Source: Enoplolaimus lenunculus
Taxonomy: Eukaryota
NCBI GenBank assembly: GCA_030248215.1
Contig: JASANG010003752.1
Location: 186,001 to 250,000, forward strand
Direction: 5' to 3'
Length of the DNA stretch: 64,000 nucleotides
Part shown: in pieces, positions 63,763-64,000 of the stretch
How positions within the stretch are numbered: the first letter of the stretch is position 1
Layout: each line of letters begins with the position of its first letter
The notes under the pieces: generated by a model
Seen by the model: the letters and a program-made list of their open reading frames with translations, nothing else
Database searches by the model: none
Told to the model about the DNA's origin: nothing
Program-made: the position numbers and the translations under genes

Positions 63763-64000
63763 ATGGGCAAGAAAAACAAAAAAGAGAAGAACGTAGAACA
63801 AGTCGAAGAGGAGCATCAGGTTAGCTTTCTCTTCAAATTTTTATCTAACAGTTTCCAAGCAGTTCTAAAGTGATCTTATTTTTACTAGCTTATTGTGACG
63901 TAACGTTTGTTCTGTCATTTCAGTTTCAAGTGGAAGCTATTTTGGATAAGCGAGTCAAGGCAAACGGAAATGTTGAATATTTTTTGAAGTGGAAAGGTTT
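63763..64000 (+). CDS. HP1/chromobox-family chromodomain protein, 5' part (runs off the window)
   Basis: Exon 63763-63819 MGKKNKKEKNVEQVEEEHQ, TTTCAG acceptor, exon 63924-end FQVEAILDKRVKANGNVEYFLKWKG: MGKK start, acidic patch and chromodomain start typical of HP1 proteins. Confidence 0.88.

Overview
AT-rich, intron-rich eukaryotic DNA, probably from a nematode (TTAGGC telomere-type repeats, TTTCAG-type splice acceptors; an inference, not a database match). Exon structures were assembled by hand from GT-AG sites and frame continuity. Five protein-coding genes are supported: the 3' part of a U-box E4 ligase UBE4B/UFD-2 (+, to 6386); an orphan two-exon 127-aa secreted protein with a 4-Cys Kunitz-like mini-domain (-, 8064-10720); a non-alpha Cys-loop cation channel subunit (-, 13381-26347, 8 exons); hormone-sensitive lipase (-, 52339-62583, 15 exons); and the start of an HP1-like chromodomain gene (+, 63763 to window end). 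Introns and a ~26-kb gene-poor interval (26.4-52.3 kb) are packed with non-autonomous DNA transposons, often nested. Most notable: (1) two related MITE families with GGCC ends and 8-bp target duplications (Merlin-like) whose cargo is the telomere hexamer TTAGGC; (2) a TTAA-targeting piggyBac-like MITE carrying a tRNA-like Pol III A/B-box cassette; (3) a 3.3-kb long-TIR element with AGTAG ends and internal tandem repeats. No intact transposase, rRNA, complete tRNA or CRISPR array was seen.
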